A stretch of 63,359 nt of DNA, the filler included, from Reclinomonas americana ATCC 50394 (Eukaryota), in the NCBI GenBank assembly GCA_048213135.1. It is 5 parts of 3 records of this genome, joined end to end, with 100 filler letters (N's around TTAATTAATTAA, not from the genome) between each part and the next. Parts side by side here need not be neighbours in the genome. Positions count along the whole stretch, not along the records: positions 22,316 to 49,190 come from PS015024.1; 4 more parts are not named here. One strand, given 5' to 3'. Positions 24,924-38,000 of this stretch are shown here, piece by piece. The first letter of the stretch is position 1, and every line of letters begins with the position of its first letter. The notes under the pieces are model-generated. The model was not told the origin of the DNA, made no database searches, and was given only the letters and a program-made list of their open reading frames with translations. The translations under genes were made by a program, and so were the position numbers.

Positions 24924-26920
24924 ATGTCGAGTGTGCACGTGGCGCTGGTTGCTGGCGATGAGCACCTGCGCCGAGCCGATCTGATGACCAGTGTGCATCC
25001 TGGTCGAGTTGCGCTTCTGTCTCGTCCTTCTCTCCTCCTCTCCTCGCTTCTTTTGTGGACTCGTTGTGTGTGCAGGCGACTGCTGTGCACTCGCTGCTGC
25101 AGGCGTACGACTTGTACCGGCATGTGCGACTGTTGGACCCGGTGTTGCCGGTCACACGACGCATGCTGGGCGAATTTCACAGTGATGACTATGTCGATCA
25201 GTTGCTGTGCAAGCGCGATGCAGATGGTATGCAACTCACATGCTTGCTTGCTTGCTTGCTGGGGGAAGGAACAGGGGGAAGGGGAGGAATGAGAAGGAGA
25301 GGGAGAACAGGAAGCGAGGAAGTGAGAGAGGAGAAAGGAGAAGGACGCAAGGAAAGGACGGAACGGAAAGGAAATAGGAGAAGGGGGAATGGGAGGGATG
25401 CAAACGAGAACGAAGTGATTGAGAAACGAAGAAGCGATATTTATACACACTTGCTTGCGTGCAGGTCGACCCGTCGATCGCAGCGATTCGCTGTGTGGCG
25501 ATGAGGAGGATCGTGAGAGGAAAGCAACGGCGGCTGGCGAGGATGTGCTGGCGTCGTTTGGGCTCACTGGTGACACGGCGGTGTTTGCCGGACTCAACGA
25601 ATACGTGTCGACGATTGCGGGTGGCACACTGGCGGCGGCGCGGGCGCTGATTGAGGAGCCGTCGCTCAAGGTGGCGATCCACTGGGAGGGCGGGAGGCAT
25701 CACGCCAAGCGAGAAAAGGCGAATGGCTTTTGCTTTGTCAATGATGTGGTGTTGGGCGCTCTCGAGTTGCTGGCCAGCCGGCGCTTCAGCAAGAGTGCGT
25801 TTTTTCTTGTTGGTTGGTGTCCCGAGTCGCTCGGCTGTTGCTGACACGGGCCCAGTTCTCTACGTGGACATTGACATTCATCACGGCGACGGAGTGGAGG
25901 ATGCATTCTATTTTTCCGACTCGGTGTTCTGCCTGTCCTTCCATCACAACTCACCGGGCTTCTTTCCTGGTTGCGTCTGTGACTGGCAGCGTCGATTGTG
26001 GAGAGAAGTCTGACGCACAGCACACGCACACAGGCACCGGTGAATCGTGCGACGTGGGCGACGGACGTGGTCTTGGTCACAGTTGCGCACCGTGCCCATG
26101 TCCATGTTACTTTCGGCCAAGATACTCATCGCCCTCTGCCCCGTCACAGCCTTGAATGTGTGCTTGCCGGAGGGCATTGACGACGCGGGATACGTTGCAT
26201 GCTTCCGAAGCGCAATCAAGGTCGTCCTCAACCTGTTCCGCCCCGATGCCATGGTGGTGGTGTGGTGAGTCGATCGAAGTGTTCGTGTGCATCGCTGCAG
26301 CGCCTCACGCAATCTCTCTGCCATTCGCAGTGGGGCCGATGCACTGGCCGGCGATCCACTGGGTTGTTTCCAGCTGACGCCGCAGGCGCTGTGCACGTGC
26401 GTCGAACGGCTGCAGAAGTACCCTGCTCCCATGCTGCTTCTCGGCGGTGGCGGGTGAGTTCTCCGCCTTTCTTCCTCTTGCGCTCAACAACCATTGTTAA
26501 TGCACTGCGGTACAGATATAATATCGCCAACACGGCACGGCTGTGGACCATGGTAACCGCGAAACTCGCCGGCGTGGAGATCAGCAACGACATTCCGTGC
26601 GTCCTTTCACACGCTGTCACGATATACGTGTTCTAACATGCATTGCAGCTCGCACGACTTGATGGAACTGTACCGACCGAGCATGCTGCTGGAGGTCAAA
26701 CTCGGTGCGTTCCTTCCTTCCCACCCCAGCGTACGAGCAACCGGTGCTAACACGTGCGTCGTGCGCAGCGTACACGGCGTCGGCAGAGATTCGCACGACC
26801 GCAAGGCTGTCGACCGAAGAATCGATCGATGAGCTGCTGGATAGGTGGGAGATTGTGGAGGACGACGCGGAGGAGGAGGCCGCGGTGGCGGAAGCAGGCA
26901 AAGACGGCAGTGACAGGTGA
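24924..26920 (+). CDS. HDAC8: Class I histone deacetylase, HDAC8-like
   Basis: [65 protein letters not shown] and [17 protein letters not shown]. Catalytic and Zn-binding residues are intact. The HDAC8 subtype is from recalled motifs. Confidence 0.85.
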
Positions 26921-26961
26921 ATAAAGATTTTTACGCCATCCCTTCTCTACTCGGATCTCTC

Positions 26962-28195
26962 TCAAAAAGACGCCACGCCACTCCATCGCCGCACTCGCTC
27001 GTACACGAGCCAAAAGGTGAGCGACCAGGGCGCCATGCGCATCCAGCACGGAATGAAACCCTGCGCTCAATGAGCAAAGAGTCACACAACGCACGTGTGC
27101 GTGTGCGCTTCACAGACCTTCCACAGGGACCACAGGCCCTCGGAGGCGATGGTTTTTCTCAAGCAGTCCACAGAACCAGCGTACAAAAGTCCTCGGCCGT
27201 CGGGGCCGGTTGGCTGCGACGCACACGTGAGCGGAGGAGAAGGTGTGAGAGCGGGACGACACGCCCAACCTGGTTCATGACTCGGCTCTTGATAACATCG
27301 GCCGGGGTTCCCACTCTGCATGCACAGCCACGCGTTACGCTACGAGCACGCGCGCACAACGAGCGACAGACATTGGAGGAGAACGCAACGAGGCGGCCAC
27401 GAGACCAGCCGCAATACTCGACAGCGTGTGCGTCACCCAGTTGTCCTTGAGCGACGTATTCCGCAGAATGCGCTGCTTCACTTGATCGTAGGTCGTCAGT
27501 TCGCCGAGATTCACAAGCGCAGCTCGCTACACGTCGACAGTCAGCATCACCATTCATGCACGCAGGAGCTCGGCGACCATCATCATCACCTGCACATTCG
27601 GCACTGCGCCCTTCCACAACGCCCTCACTCCTCCCTCGCTGTAAATCACTCGATACGCCTCCCGCGAGTTCGTATAGCGTCGCGGCTTGCCCTCCAGCAC
27701 CCGGCGACCGTCCATCTGCATGCGCACCTTGACCAAGTCCGTGGGCGAGGCGACCATTTGCGCCGCCGCCCCGCACGTCATGCCCGTCAGCATTCCCTGC
27801 CACAGAGGCACTGTTCCCGTCGACGGATCCACATGCAGGAGGTGCGTACGTGCGGCCTCGTAGAACGAGATGCGGCAGCCAGTGTACACCAAGTGTCGCT
27901 GAATGGCGGGCGACACACCGCGCCACAACGATCGCACTCCCTCCTCGCGAATGATGCCCACTGCAGTGCTCACCATACCGCGTCGCATGGTCGCATGCAG
28001 TGTACCACCTACCACACAGCACTGAGCGTGACAAGCAAGAGAGAGAGATGAGGAGAGACAGTGCATGCCTTCGCCTTGCAACTGCAATCGCGTCTTGGTC
28101 ATATCCAGCGGGTACGTCACTGTCTCGGCCACAGCGGCGGAGATGGCCGACAGCACATACTTGGTCGGCAGTGGGTCGTTCTGCCCTGTCTTCAT
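26962..28195 (-). CDS. Mitochondrial carrier (SLC25), uncoupling protein / UCP4-like
   Basis: Three PxDxxKxR signatures ([33 protein letters not shown]), plus [17 protein letters not shown] and [21 protein letters not shown]. Confidence 0.92.
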
Positions 28196-28249
28196 GCACA
28201 CACACACACTGTAACACACACAGAGACGCGAGCTGATTGTCTTTTTGTG

Positions 28250-30076
28250 ATGCACTCTAGCGAGCAGTACAGCTCCTTCCCCACCGCACCTCCAGTGCCA
28301 CTGGGCGCACCAATAATGACACTGGAGAGCAGCTGTGTGGATGGTTGGGTGCCGCGACAGTGGTTCCCGCAGTATGTGGTCGATCAGTCGGCACTGGCAG
28401 TGCGCGTGGCGCGCGTCAACATGATCCTCTTCTCGTCGCTCTTCATTGTGGCCTTTGGTCTGCTGTTGTACTATCGGTTTCGACAGCAGCCTACGGTCAC
28501 GCATCAGGTGCGAGTGAGTTGGAGAGGGCATTGGTGATTTGATTGACTGCGCTCGTTGACTGCTGGCGAGTGAGCAGATCTTGAATCCGACTATAGACGA
28601 GTTCAATGCCATCCTCGACGAGCATCCCTTTTGCACGGTGGCGAATCCGACCATCTCTCTCGGTGCCTTTATGGATGTCACCGGGTCGATGGACAGCATC
28701 TGCACTGCCCTCAATAACACGGCGTTACAGACGGTGTGCACTGTCTCTCTATTCTCTTCCCTTCCTCCAACCGTGACGTTTCTCTCACACTTGGGGTGCA
28801 GATGATGAATGATCCACGAAACATTGTTGCGAAACGAGCCTGTCCTTGATTGCGCCTGTCGTCGACACTCACTCATATGTGTGATGTGCAGCCCAATAAT
28901 GTGGCGCGCGGTCTGCCGGCGATCTTCAACGGCATGATCATTGTGTGCGACCTGGCGACTGGCATCTTGCAGGACTTCATCACCTCGTTTCCGCTCCGCG
29001 AGTACGCGTCGACGGCGCTGTACAGCGAGCAATCGCTGCGGGTGCAGATGGCGGCACAGTTCAACGACCTGAGCAAGTCCACGCGTCGCATTCTGCAGCA
29101 GGTGCTGCTGCCGACCAATGCACTACTGGCCGTCAATATGGTAGCCACGGGCCAAGTGGTCAGCCCCGGCTCCTTCATGGACACGAACAATCCACCACTG
29201 TACTTTGGCACGTTCGATTCGACTTGCACGTGCCTCACCAACATGTTGCGTCGGCGATGACGGTGTATGTGGGGGGAGGGTACTGATGACTGACTCTTGA
29301 CGTCTGCGTGCAGGAATGTGCGTTTTGTTCTGCGCCGATTGTGTCCGTGCAGCGCATGATTAACTCACTCCCTCTCCTCCCGTGCGACGAGCAGTGCGCG
29401 AAACCGATTGTGCGTTTCTTGGTTGTTGCGCTGTTGCTCTGTCAGGATGCTTGACCATCGTCACCACTGTGTCTGTCTGTGCATGCAGGTTATTTACCAG
29501 ACCAACGGAAGCACCCTCAATGCGACAGTGCATTGCTTCCAGATTTTGTCGCTTCTGGAACTGGATTCACAGCAGTTGTCAAACACTGGACTGATCTCGG
29601 CGCCATCCGCCTTCTCCAAGGTACAAGATGCGCTCCTGGCCGGCTTCATCAAATCGCTGGAATACACACTCGACTTTCAAAAGTACTATGCGGTGCGTGT
29701 GACTGCAGCGACGTTATCACTGACCTGTGAAATCGCTTACAACCGGACGACGCAGGCGGTGCAGCCTCTGGAGTGTCGGTACACGACTGTGGGATGGACA
29801 GTTGCGTCGCTGCAGCTTGTTGTTCATGTCGATGACTTCCTCATCGTCCGTGCGCAGATGACGGACGCCGTCACGGTATTGCTCGGCGTCTTTGGTGGTC
29901 TCATTGGAGTGCTGCGCATTGTCGTGCCCATGCTCTCTGCATTGGTGGTGCGCTGCTGCTGCGTGCGACGCCGCCGAGAAACCTCGCTCTTCGACGCCGC
30001 CGAATCCACGCGCAAGCTGCTGCCCGACCAGCTTGCGGCTCGAGGCGGCGCAGTGGAGGCCACCATTAATCAGTAA
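28250..30076 (+). CDS. Uncharacterised two-TM protein with a large Cys-containing, likely glycosylated loop
   Basis: TM1 MILFSSLFIVAFGLLLYY and TM2 VTVLLGVFGGLIGVLRIVVPMLSALVV, with N-x-T sequons between them. GT-AG introns; TAA stop at 30074-30076. Confidence 0.75.
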
Positions 30077-30546
30077 TCAATACAATACGAGTGTTTTGCG
30101 TGTTAACGCGTGGGCAGAGAGGCAACGGAACGTCGTCGTTCGTCGTGTCGTCCCTCATTGACAGGACCAGTGCATCTTTGTGTGCCGGAAAAACCAAAAC
30201 GAATGTCGTCGTCGCCGCAAGGTCGCGGCAAGCAGTTTGAAGAGCACTATGTGCACGCCAAGAAGGTCGGCGTGGACAGAGCACACGCACACGCACACTC
30301 TCAGCGCGAAGAGAGAGAGAAAGAGCATGGCCATGTTTCTCTTGACACACACACGCAGGCAAACGAGAGAGATAGAAGAGAGTATATGTGCGCCTCTCAC
30401 TCTCACACTCTCTGCTACTGCTGCTCATGTTCGATTTTCCTCATCGCATTACTCCACCAAATTCTCGCGTGCTGTCTCTCTCTCTCTCCCTCTCGTCCTC
30501 CTCTCGTCTGCGCGGGAGAGTTCTGTGAGACTCTCACACACACACC

Positions 30547-32186
30547 ATGATTGTTGTGCGACACCAGGTGCCACTCTCACTGGCCTCCAAGTTGTTTCTG
30601 CTGGTGGCCTCGGTGGAGCTCGGCGGTGTGCTTCTCCTCAGTATCCTACAGCTCGTCGCGCACAATCACTGTTGCGTTTGTGTCTCCGACTGGTGCAACA
30701 CCTGTTCGCTCACTCGCTCACACTGTGGTGCTATAGATGCCATGGTCTACTATGGTGTGTCCATCGCCAGCACAGCGCATGTGAGAGCATCGATCTGACG
30801 CGTTTGTTGAGCGCAGTTGTCTTGTTGGATGTGTCGGCGGCGTTTTTGTATTACTTTGCCATCGACTCCAGTTGTGTTTCACTTGGGTCATCCGTTCGTG
30901 CGTGTGTCGTTGGTGTGTTGACGACGATGTGTGCCACAGTCATGAAGGAAAATGTGTTTGGATTAGCCGTCTTTATCACTACCTCCGTGGTGCTCTCTGT
31001 TCGGTGCGCCCTGGATAAGCAGTGGTTGTTGTCGGTGGCGGTGTGTGCTCATGTGACTCTGCGACAGCGTCTGCTACTTCTTTATCGCGGAACGGCAAGA
31101 GAACTTGGATCAGGCCATTATCGGCATTATTGTGCTGGTGTTTGTGTGCCAGGTGGTCTACTTGCCACTGACGTACTTTGCATGGAGGTCATTCGGCTGG
31201 CGCATCTTCAAGCGTTGCGTTGATTGTGTGAGTGTGAGTGCGGGGCGGCCTTGCCGGTGCTGAATGGTACTGGATGATGCGTGGTGCAGGCGTCGGCAGC
31301 GACGTCAAGATGCGCCGCCGATACAAGACGTATCAGGTGTGGCTGGCTCTTGTGCGGCTCGACACACAGTTTGCACGTGCGTTTGCTCTCTCCTCTCCCC
31401 TTGTTCATATGTGACGCACGGCTAATGGTGTGTGTGATGCGGCAGTAATCCTCACGATCATGGCCGGCTTCTTTGTCAACTATCGGTGGTTCCTGCCGGT
31501 GGTCATCTCGTGGGCCGGCATTACCGTCATTGTGACATTCCTCGTTGCATGCATGCTGTGACGGTGTGGACCCCTGTTGGCGTGTGTGTGCTCACTCGCG
31601 CACGCCACAGATTCCGGTTGCCGTGCGTCGTGAGCGACCCTCCTTTGTGTGGGCGTTCTTCTTCTTCCAAATTGCCATGCCCGTGTACACGATCTACAAG
31701 GTGCGATGTGAGCCAGTCCTATGTGCTCATCCACGCAGAGCATGACCCGTGCGCTGTACAGCTGGTGGCCGTGTGGAACGACCCGCAGAATACGATTCAT
31801 CACGTCGATCCCGACGAGCTTGCTGACATGCAAATCACCATCACGATGTCCGGTGCGTCCACAAGCTGCTCTCCGCAGTGAGGTGGAAGAGTCTCACTGT
31901 CCTCTCATTTCTTGTCACGCGCAGTGGTAATGGCACTGGTATGCCGCGCCTTCAACATGGTGTGGACGGTCTATGTGATTCGCAACTTTGGTCGTGGACT
32001 GCGGGATGTACGTGCCCTCATGTCTCCTGCACTCTCCGCCCCCCTCGTCACTGCTGCTGACTCGCGCATAAACACACGCAGATCTTCTTCCAGCCGGAAG
32101 AGAAGCTGCCGTTTGCCGCCACGGCGCCTCTTGCACCGAATGGGACGACAAAAGGAACGTACAGTTCGGTGAACTCGCCTGTGTAA
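30547..32186 (+). CDS. Multi-pass membrane protein resembling the fungal UPF0658-type family
   Basis: About seven hydrophobic segments, KENVFGL, and SFGWRIFKRVGSDVKMRRRYKTYQVWLALVRLD, which resembles the recalled FGWxIYKxIGAD...YQ...KFD motif. Confidence 0.65.
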
Positions 32187-32315
32187 TTAGTAGTGTGGAG
32201 AGGAGAAGGAAAAATGAAAATGTTTGGAACGAGTTTTGATACGCGCGGCCCGTGTCCATTTCTCTCGCGAAAACAAAAAGAGGCAGCAATAAAGAAAACA
32301 CACGCACTCTCACAC

Positions 32316-34851
32316 TCACACTGCCGCCAGAAGCACATCTAGATTCTTCTCCAACGCCAGCTGCTCCACAATGCGGCCCGTGGCCTCGCCGGCCGTCTGC
32401 AGCGCCACTTGCGAAATATTTTGAATTGTGTCGCAGTCCTGGTGGTAGCACTGCAGACAAAGTACGTCAGCGAAACGGAGGAGGGAGAGGGGGGCGCACT
32501 CTACACGCATCGCACCGGATCAAAGGCGGTCTTGGCCATGCCGCCGTACAGGCTGCGCAGCTCCATGTTCTTGACGCCCTCGGCGCCCGTCTCGAATCCG
32601 CTCGCAGGAATGCCCTTGGCAATGAAGGGGCCGTAGTCGGAGCGGCCATTGAAGTCGGTGGGCGTCGAGGTGTGGTTGAACGACATCAGTGCGTTCTGGA
32701 ACATGCGCTGTAACACAACATTCACAGCGTCAGTCCAGAAGAAGAAGAGCTGCTCGCATGCGATTTTGGTCCACACCTGCAGAATGCTGCTGCCGACCTT
32801 GACGTCGTCGGGACCCGACGAGCCATTGTACACACCGTAGAAGAAATTGGGCGAGGCCACCATGTCGAAATTCAGGTTGAGCGCAACGCGATTGAGAGTG
32901 CCGTCGGCCTCCAGCTTCTTGACGTACTCGGTCGAGCCCACCAAGCCAATCTGTGTCGCCCCGAAACGGTAAGCGAGAAGGAAAAGGGGGAGGGAAATGG
33001 GTGAAGGAAATGGAGTGACGGAAAAGGGAAGGAAAGGAGAGAAGGAAAGGGGAGGGAATGGGGAAACAATGCATAAACAGTAAGACACACGCGCTCTCGA
33101 AATGAGTGTGCGTGCGTGCGTGCGTGCGTGTATGTGTGTGTGTGCGTGCGTGCGTGTGTGTACACACCTCCTCGGCACCCCAGAAGCCAAAGCGGATGCG
33201 GTTCACGGGTACCAGCTTGGATTGTGCCATGCTGATGGCAACTTGCAGGTTCAGCGATGTACCTGTGCCGCGCAACTGTGAGTGAGAGACAGGAGAACAG
33301 TGACCGGTACCATGGACGAGCATTCCTCACCAGAGCCATTGTCGTTGATGCCAGGACCGGCGGGCACCGAGTCCAGGTGAGAGCCGAGCACAATGACGCG
33401 ATCGTCACGACCGGCGTCTGCAGAGCGCGCCCGTGAGTTTCAGTTCGTCAGGAGCGTGAAGAAAACAGCAGGGGACAACGGAACTTGTCTCGGCAATCAC
33501 ATTGCACGTCTGCTGAACGGAGAAGCGTGTCGAGGCCGCAATACGCACGTGCACGGGTGTGCCCATGGACAGAGCCACCACCCACGAGCTGCCGAGTGCG
33601 TATGGGAGCGCCAGTACTGGCACTGGTTCGTACTCGCCAATCGTGCCGGAGAAGAGGCCCTTGCGATCGTCCGAGTTGCCCTCGTTGTAGATCAGCACGC
33701 CCTTCACTCCAGCACGCACCGCTGCCGCGCACTACTCACCCCACAATGAGACACGTCGATTACATGCAAGCGTTAATCTTTCACACGATATCACCTTCTC
33801 CTGGAACGTGCAGGTTCCACGCTTGATCAGCGCAATCGTGTCGACATTCTTGGGGAACGCCGCAAAGTTGTCGTCCACACAACCGTACGAATCGGCGGCC
33901 ACCAGTGGGGCGGTCACATTGCCGGAGCCCTGCATGCATTGAGAAGAAAACGGCGCAAACAGAGAGAGACGGATCGTCGAGTTACCGAGTACGACAGCCA
34001 CGTGAAATCGGTCTTGTACACGAGTGCCTTCTCCGCCGGCGTCACTTGCTCCAACTCTGGATCCGCCAGCGGCTTCCATCTGCAGATGGCCATCTCTCAG
34101 AGGGACACGCGCATGCAGTGGACGACCCACAAGGCATGCATGCAATCAAACGCAACACTGGCACCGTAAAGTTCTGCAACATGACCGAATAGTCGGGCGC
34201 ATACGTGCGCAGCGTCTGCAACACATACTGCACACTGGCATCGTAGCCGGGCGTGCCCACTGCGCGTGTGCCACCATTGGCCAGCGCAGCACTCTGCAGC
34301 GCATTCAAGTGTCCCATCATGCCCTCCCGAGTCACCAGCGTCCACAACGGAGGTCGCTCCACCTCTGGTGGCGGTGCCGTGCGATCGGGCAGACGCGTCA
34401 GCATCGTGATGAAGATGGCCACGGTCGCCACCAGTGAGATGGCGGTCACAGAGAGCGCAATGTTGAATCGTCGTCGCCACTGCAGAAGTGAGAAGAGTGT
34501 GTGAGGGCCAGTCTCATCACAGTGTGTGTGTGTATCAGTGTGTGTGTGCGCGTGTGTGCGTGTGTGTGTGTGATCGTGCGTGTGCATCAGTGTCATTCAT
34601 GTGTCTCAGGAACGCACTCGTTGCGGTGATGCATTATTCCACGAGCTGTCATCGTACTTGACTGCCACACCAGAGCTGAGAGTTGAGTGAGTGTGAGAGA
34701 CAAGTGAGAAGCGCGCGCGAAAAACATACATGTGAGTTGAGCTCACAGAAAAAGTGATTTTCTCGTTGTCAACTCACCGCATCTCATCGTTGGCGAGCAA
34801 CTGCCCGCTGTCTGCAGGGCTGGTGGCCGCAGAAGACTCCCCTGAACGCAT
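32316..34851 (-). CDS. M28 family aminopeptidase with PA domain (aminopeptidase Y type) and N-terminal membrane anchor
   Basis: GGTRAVGTPGY, IALIKRGTCTFQEK, LGSHLDSVPAGPGINDNGSG, FWGAEEIGLVGS, LNFDMVASPN, GRSDYGPF and DPCYHQDCDTIQNI. Confidence 0.93.
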
Positions 34852-35069
34852 GTTTTTCAATGAAGCGGGACAATGCGGACAGTTACCGGCTGCCACGTCA
34901 CGGGTGTTCTGTCCCAAGCGTTGTGTTTTTTTTGGCGCGCATACTCTGCAAAGACACACACAACACACGCCCGCCCGCGCGCATTTTGCAAGTTTGTAGA
35001 GAGGACTCGCCTCTGTGTTTGTGCGTGCACGTGTCTGTGTGAGTGGTGAGAGAGTAAGAACCGCCAACC

Positions 35070-38000
35070 ATGGTAAGTGTATCTGCTCTCTCTCTCGCGC
35101 GCGCGCGCGCTCTCTGTCTCTCTGTGTGTTGCTCATAGGCCGTTGTTGTGTGCTGCACAGAGTGGTGCCAATGGACACGGTGGTGGTGGTGGTGGTGACA
35201 GTGACGAGGAGCTGCCGTTCACTCATGTACTGTCACAAGACGAGTTTGCGCAGCTGCGACGCTCGCGTGAACAGTATGGTGTGGGTGGCAGTGGAATGGT
35301 AGGCGCCGGCTCCAGTGGATCGGGCGGTGCAGGCGGTGGAGGAGGCGCGGGGCGAGGACCTCAGGCATGTCACACTCTCTGACTCGCTCACCCACAAACT
35401 GCTCATGTGACTGACACATGACTTGTGCAGCGCCCGTCATCGCAACGACCGGCACACTTGCGTCTGCGCAGCTCACTGCGCAGTGCCGTTCCGCAGGTGT
35501 GTGTGTGTGTGCTCTCTCTCGTTGACTCGCACTCCACTCGCTCACTCACTCACTCCGCAGCGACCGACGACTCCGGGCACTGCTGCTGCTGGTGCACCAC
35601 GTGCGCCAACCTCGCCAACCTCTGCGGCGGCGGCGGCGGCGGAGAGTGCAGCGGCGGCGAGTATGGCGGCCGCGCCGGTCAAGCCGGCCGTGACTCAGGT
35701 GCGTCCGTCGGGCTTCTTCTCGGATCCGCTCAACGAGGCGGTGCCGCCATCGCGTGGCTCCAAGGTGGCCACGTCGGGCGACTACCGGTCTACGGTGCAA
35801 CCGTTGCCGTCTGGTGCGTCTTGTCGACTGTTTTCCGTTTCTTTTTTTGTGTAGTGTCTGACCGCGTGTTGTGACTGTTTAGCCGGTGCGATTCCGGAGG
35901 GTGCGCTGGTCACCCCGGATCCGCAATTCACTCGCGAGACGTTGGATGCTGGTCGCATCACAGGCGTCGATGTCAAGGTCATGGTGCCGTACGATACTGC
36001 ACCCGGTCAAGGTACTGCAGTGTGGTGAAAACCTTGCCCTGTTTCCTTGCTGTATCTCATTGTATCTGGGTGGTGACAGTACCCCGCGCGGTGGAAGTCG
36101 AGCGCAAGCGTCGTCTGTATGCGAGCGTGAATGTTGGTGAGGAGCTGGCAATGCGCGGCTACGACTACCTGGAGCCGGGCGTGCTCGGTGGCCCCGACTC
36201 GGAACACCCGCCACCCGGCGGTGTGGGAGCCTCGTATCTCCCACTCGAGGTGTTCGACAATGAGGACTTTGATCCGCGACCACCAGGCCAATGGCAGCAG
36301 CTGATGCAACTGGTGCGCATCTCTACATTGCCGCTTCTCTTCTCTGGCCCCGCGTCTCTTAACCGTCTCTTCCCTTGCATCACGAAGGACGCCGATGGAG
36401 TGCGTTGCATCCCGTGCATGGCTGTGCGGCTTCTCCCCGGCGGCACTGGCGAGTGGGTGGACGGCAAGATGATTGAGTACAATGGTGAGGAGGACCGCTA
36501 CAAGGTCAGGGAGGTACAGACTGGCGAGGAATGGTGGCTGCCGCGTATCCACGTGTGCTTCAAGGTCGAGGACCCGTACCAGTTTGTGGAGCGTGTGATT
36601 GCCGCCCACAAGTACCGCCAGGAGACCGAGGCTGTGCTGGTACGGCGCGCATCTCACTCACCCCCGCTACTTGTCTCTATCGCTGCTCACTGCTTGTTTC
36701 TCTTCTCCTGTGCGTAGCGCTACAATCTCTTTATCGATTCAATGCCGGTGGACGAGATTCCGCCATTGTCGCAGCAGCAGCTGGAGCGCATTCTGAACCT
36801 GTCGCTGAATGCCACACTGCGCGAGCACCAGCAGGAGCTGAGCATTGCGGACCTGCTGAAGGAAATCAATCTCGAGTATTTCCGCACGGCGAACAAGCTG
36901 ATCTTTGACGAAGGCTTGCAAGATCCGGCGCAGGCCGACGTCTTCAAGGCTCTCGTGCTGCCGGAGCCGCAACTGCAGCCACCGCCGCCAGAGTTCCGTC
37001 CTCTACCATTATCTCTCCATCTCTCTTCCTTGCCCCCTCACTCATTCGTGATCGATGGACGTGCAGGTTCGGTCTCATGCCCATGCCCGAGTTCGATCTC
37101 ATCACTCAAGTCCGCAACTTCCACTTTGCCACCTTCCTCAACGCACCGCAAGTCATCATGTCGAACAACTTCGTGATGAAGGAGTGCGAGGAGCTGCACA
37201 AGATGAAGCTGTTCTGGGTCACGCTGACCAAGACCATGCGTCTGGACGAGTTTGAGCAGATTCAGATTCAGAACATTAACCAACTCCGCACATTCCTGCG
37301 CGAAGTGTTGCGTGCCCCATTCTGCGATCTCGACTCGACCTTGTTTCCTTCGTTTTCACTCACCATCGTTTTTGCGGGCGCAGTTGGGTGCACAACCTGA
37401 AAAAGGTGATTGTGCAATCGCTGAAGGAGGTCGGCAAGGGCTGGCTCAACCTGCGCGAGCGCCGTCGCGAAATCTACGAGATGAGCAAGCTGCGCAAGTA
37501 CATGCAGCAGATCAAGTTTGTCATGCAGGATCAACTGCGTTTCTTCACCGAAAAGTTGCGTCTCTGTGGTGTCGCATGTCCACAGTTTGCGACCATGCTT
37601 ATTCATCTCTCCTTCTCTTTTTGCGTGTGCAGTGCGCTGCGCGAGTACGTCGAGTTCATCGAGTACCAGTGCCGCCTCGAGGTGGAGGTTCGCAACTCCG
37701 GCAACGTGGTGGTGGTGGACCCGGAGATTCTGCGCAAGGCCAAGCTCGGTCTCGTGGAGATTGTCGACTACCGCCACGCCAATGGCAGCATCGACAACGA
37801 ATTCGTTGCGTATCTTATTGCAAACAATGCACCGTGATCCGACGCGGAGGTCTTACTTGTAGTTGTTGTTGTTGTGCACACACACGCGCAGCGCATTCCC
37901 ATGTTCTCGGTGGACTTGATGGAGCGCGAGGGCGAGTTGACGTACTCGACGACCCCCGAACGCTTCCGCGAGGTGCTGCTCGGCGTGTTCCAGCGCGGCC

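Noticed and set aside
27554-29032. 492-aa minus-strand ORF suggesting a carrier with a long N-terminal extension
   Set aside because: The upstream part is antisense to the two-TM gene and it reads through carrier introns; carrier homology starts near the ATG at 28195.
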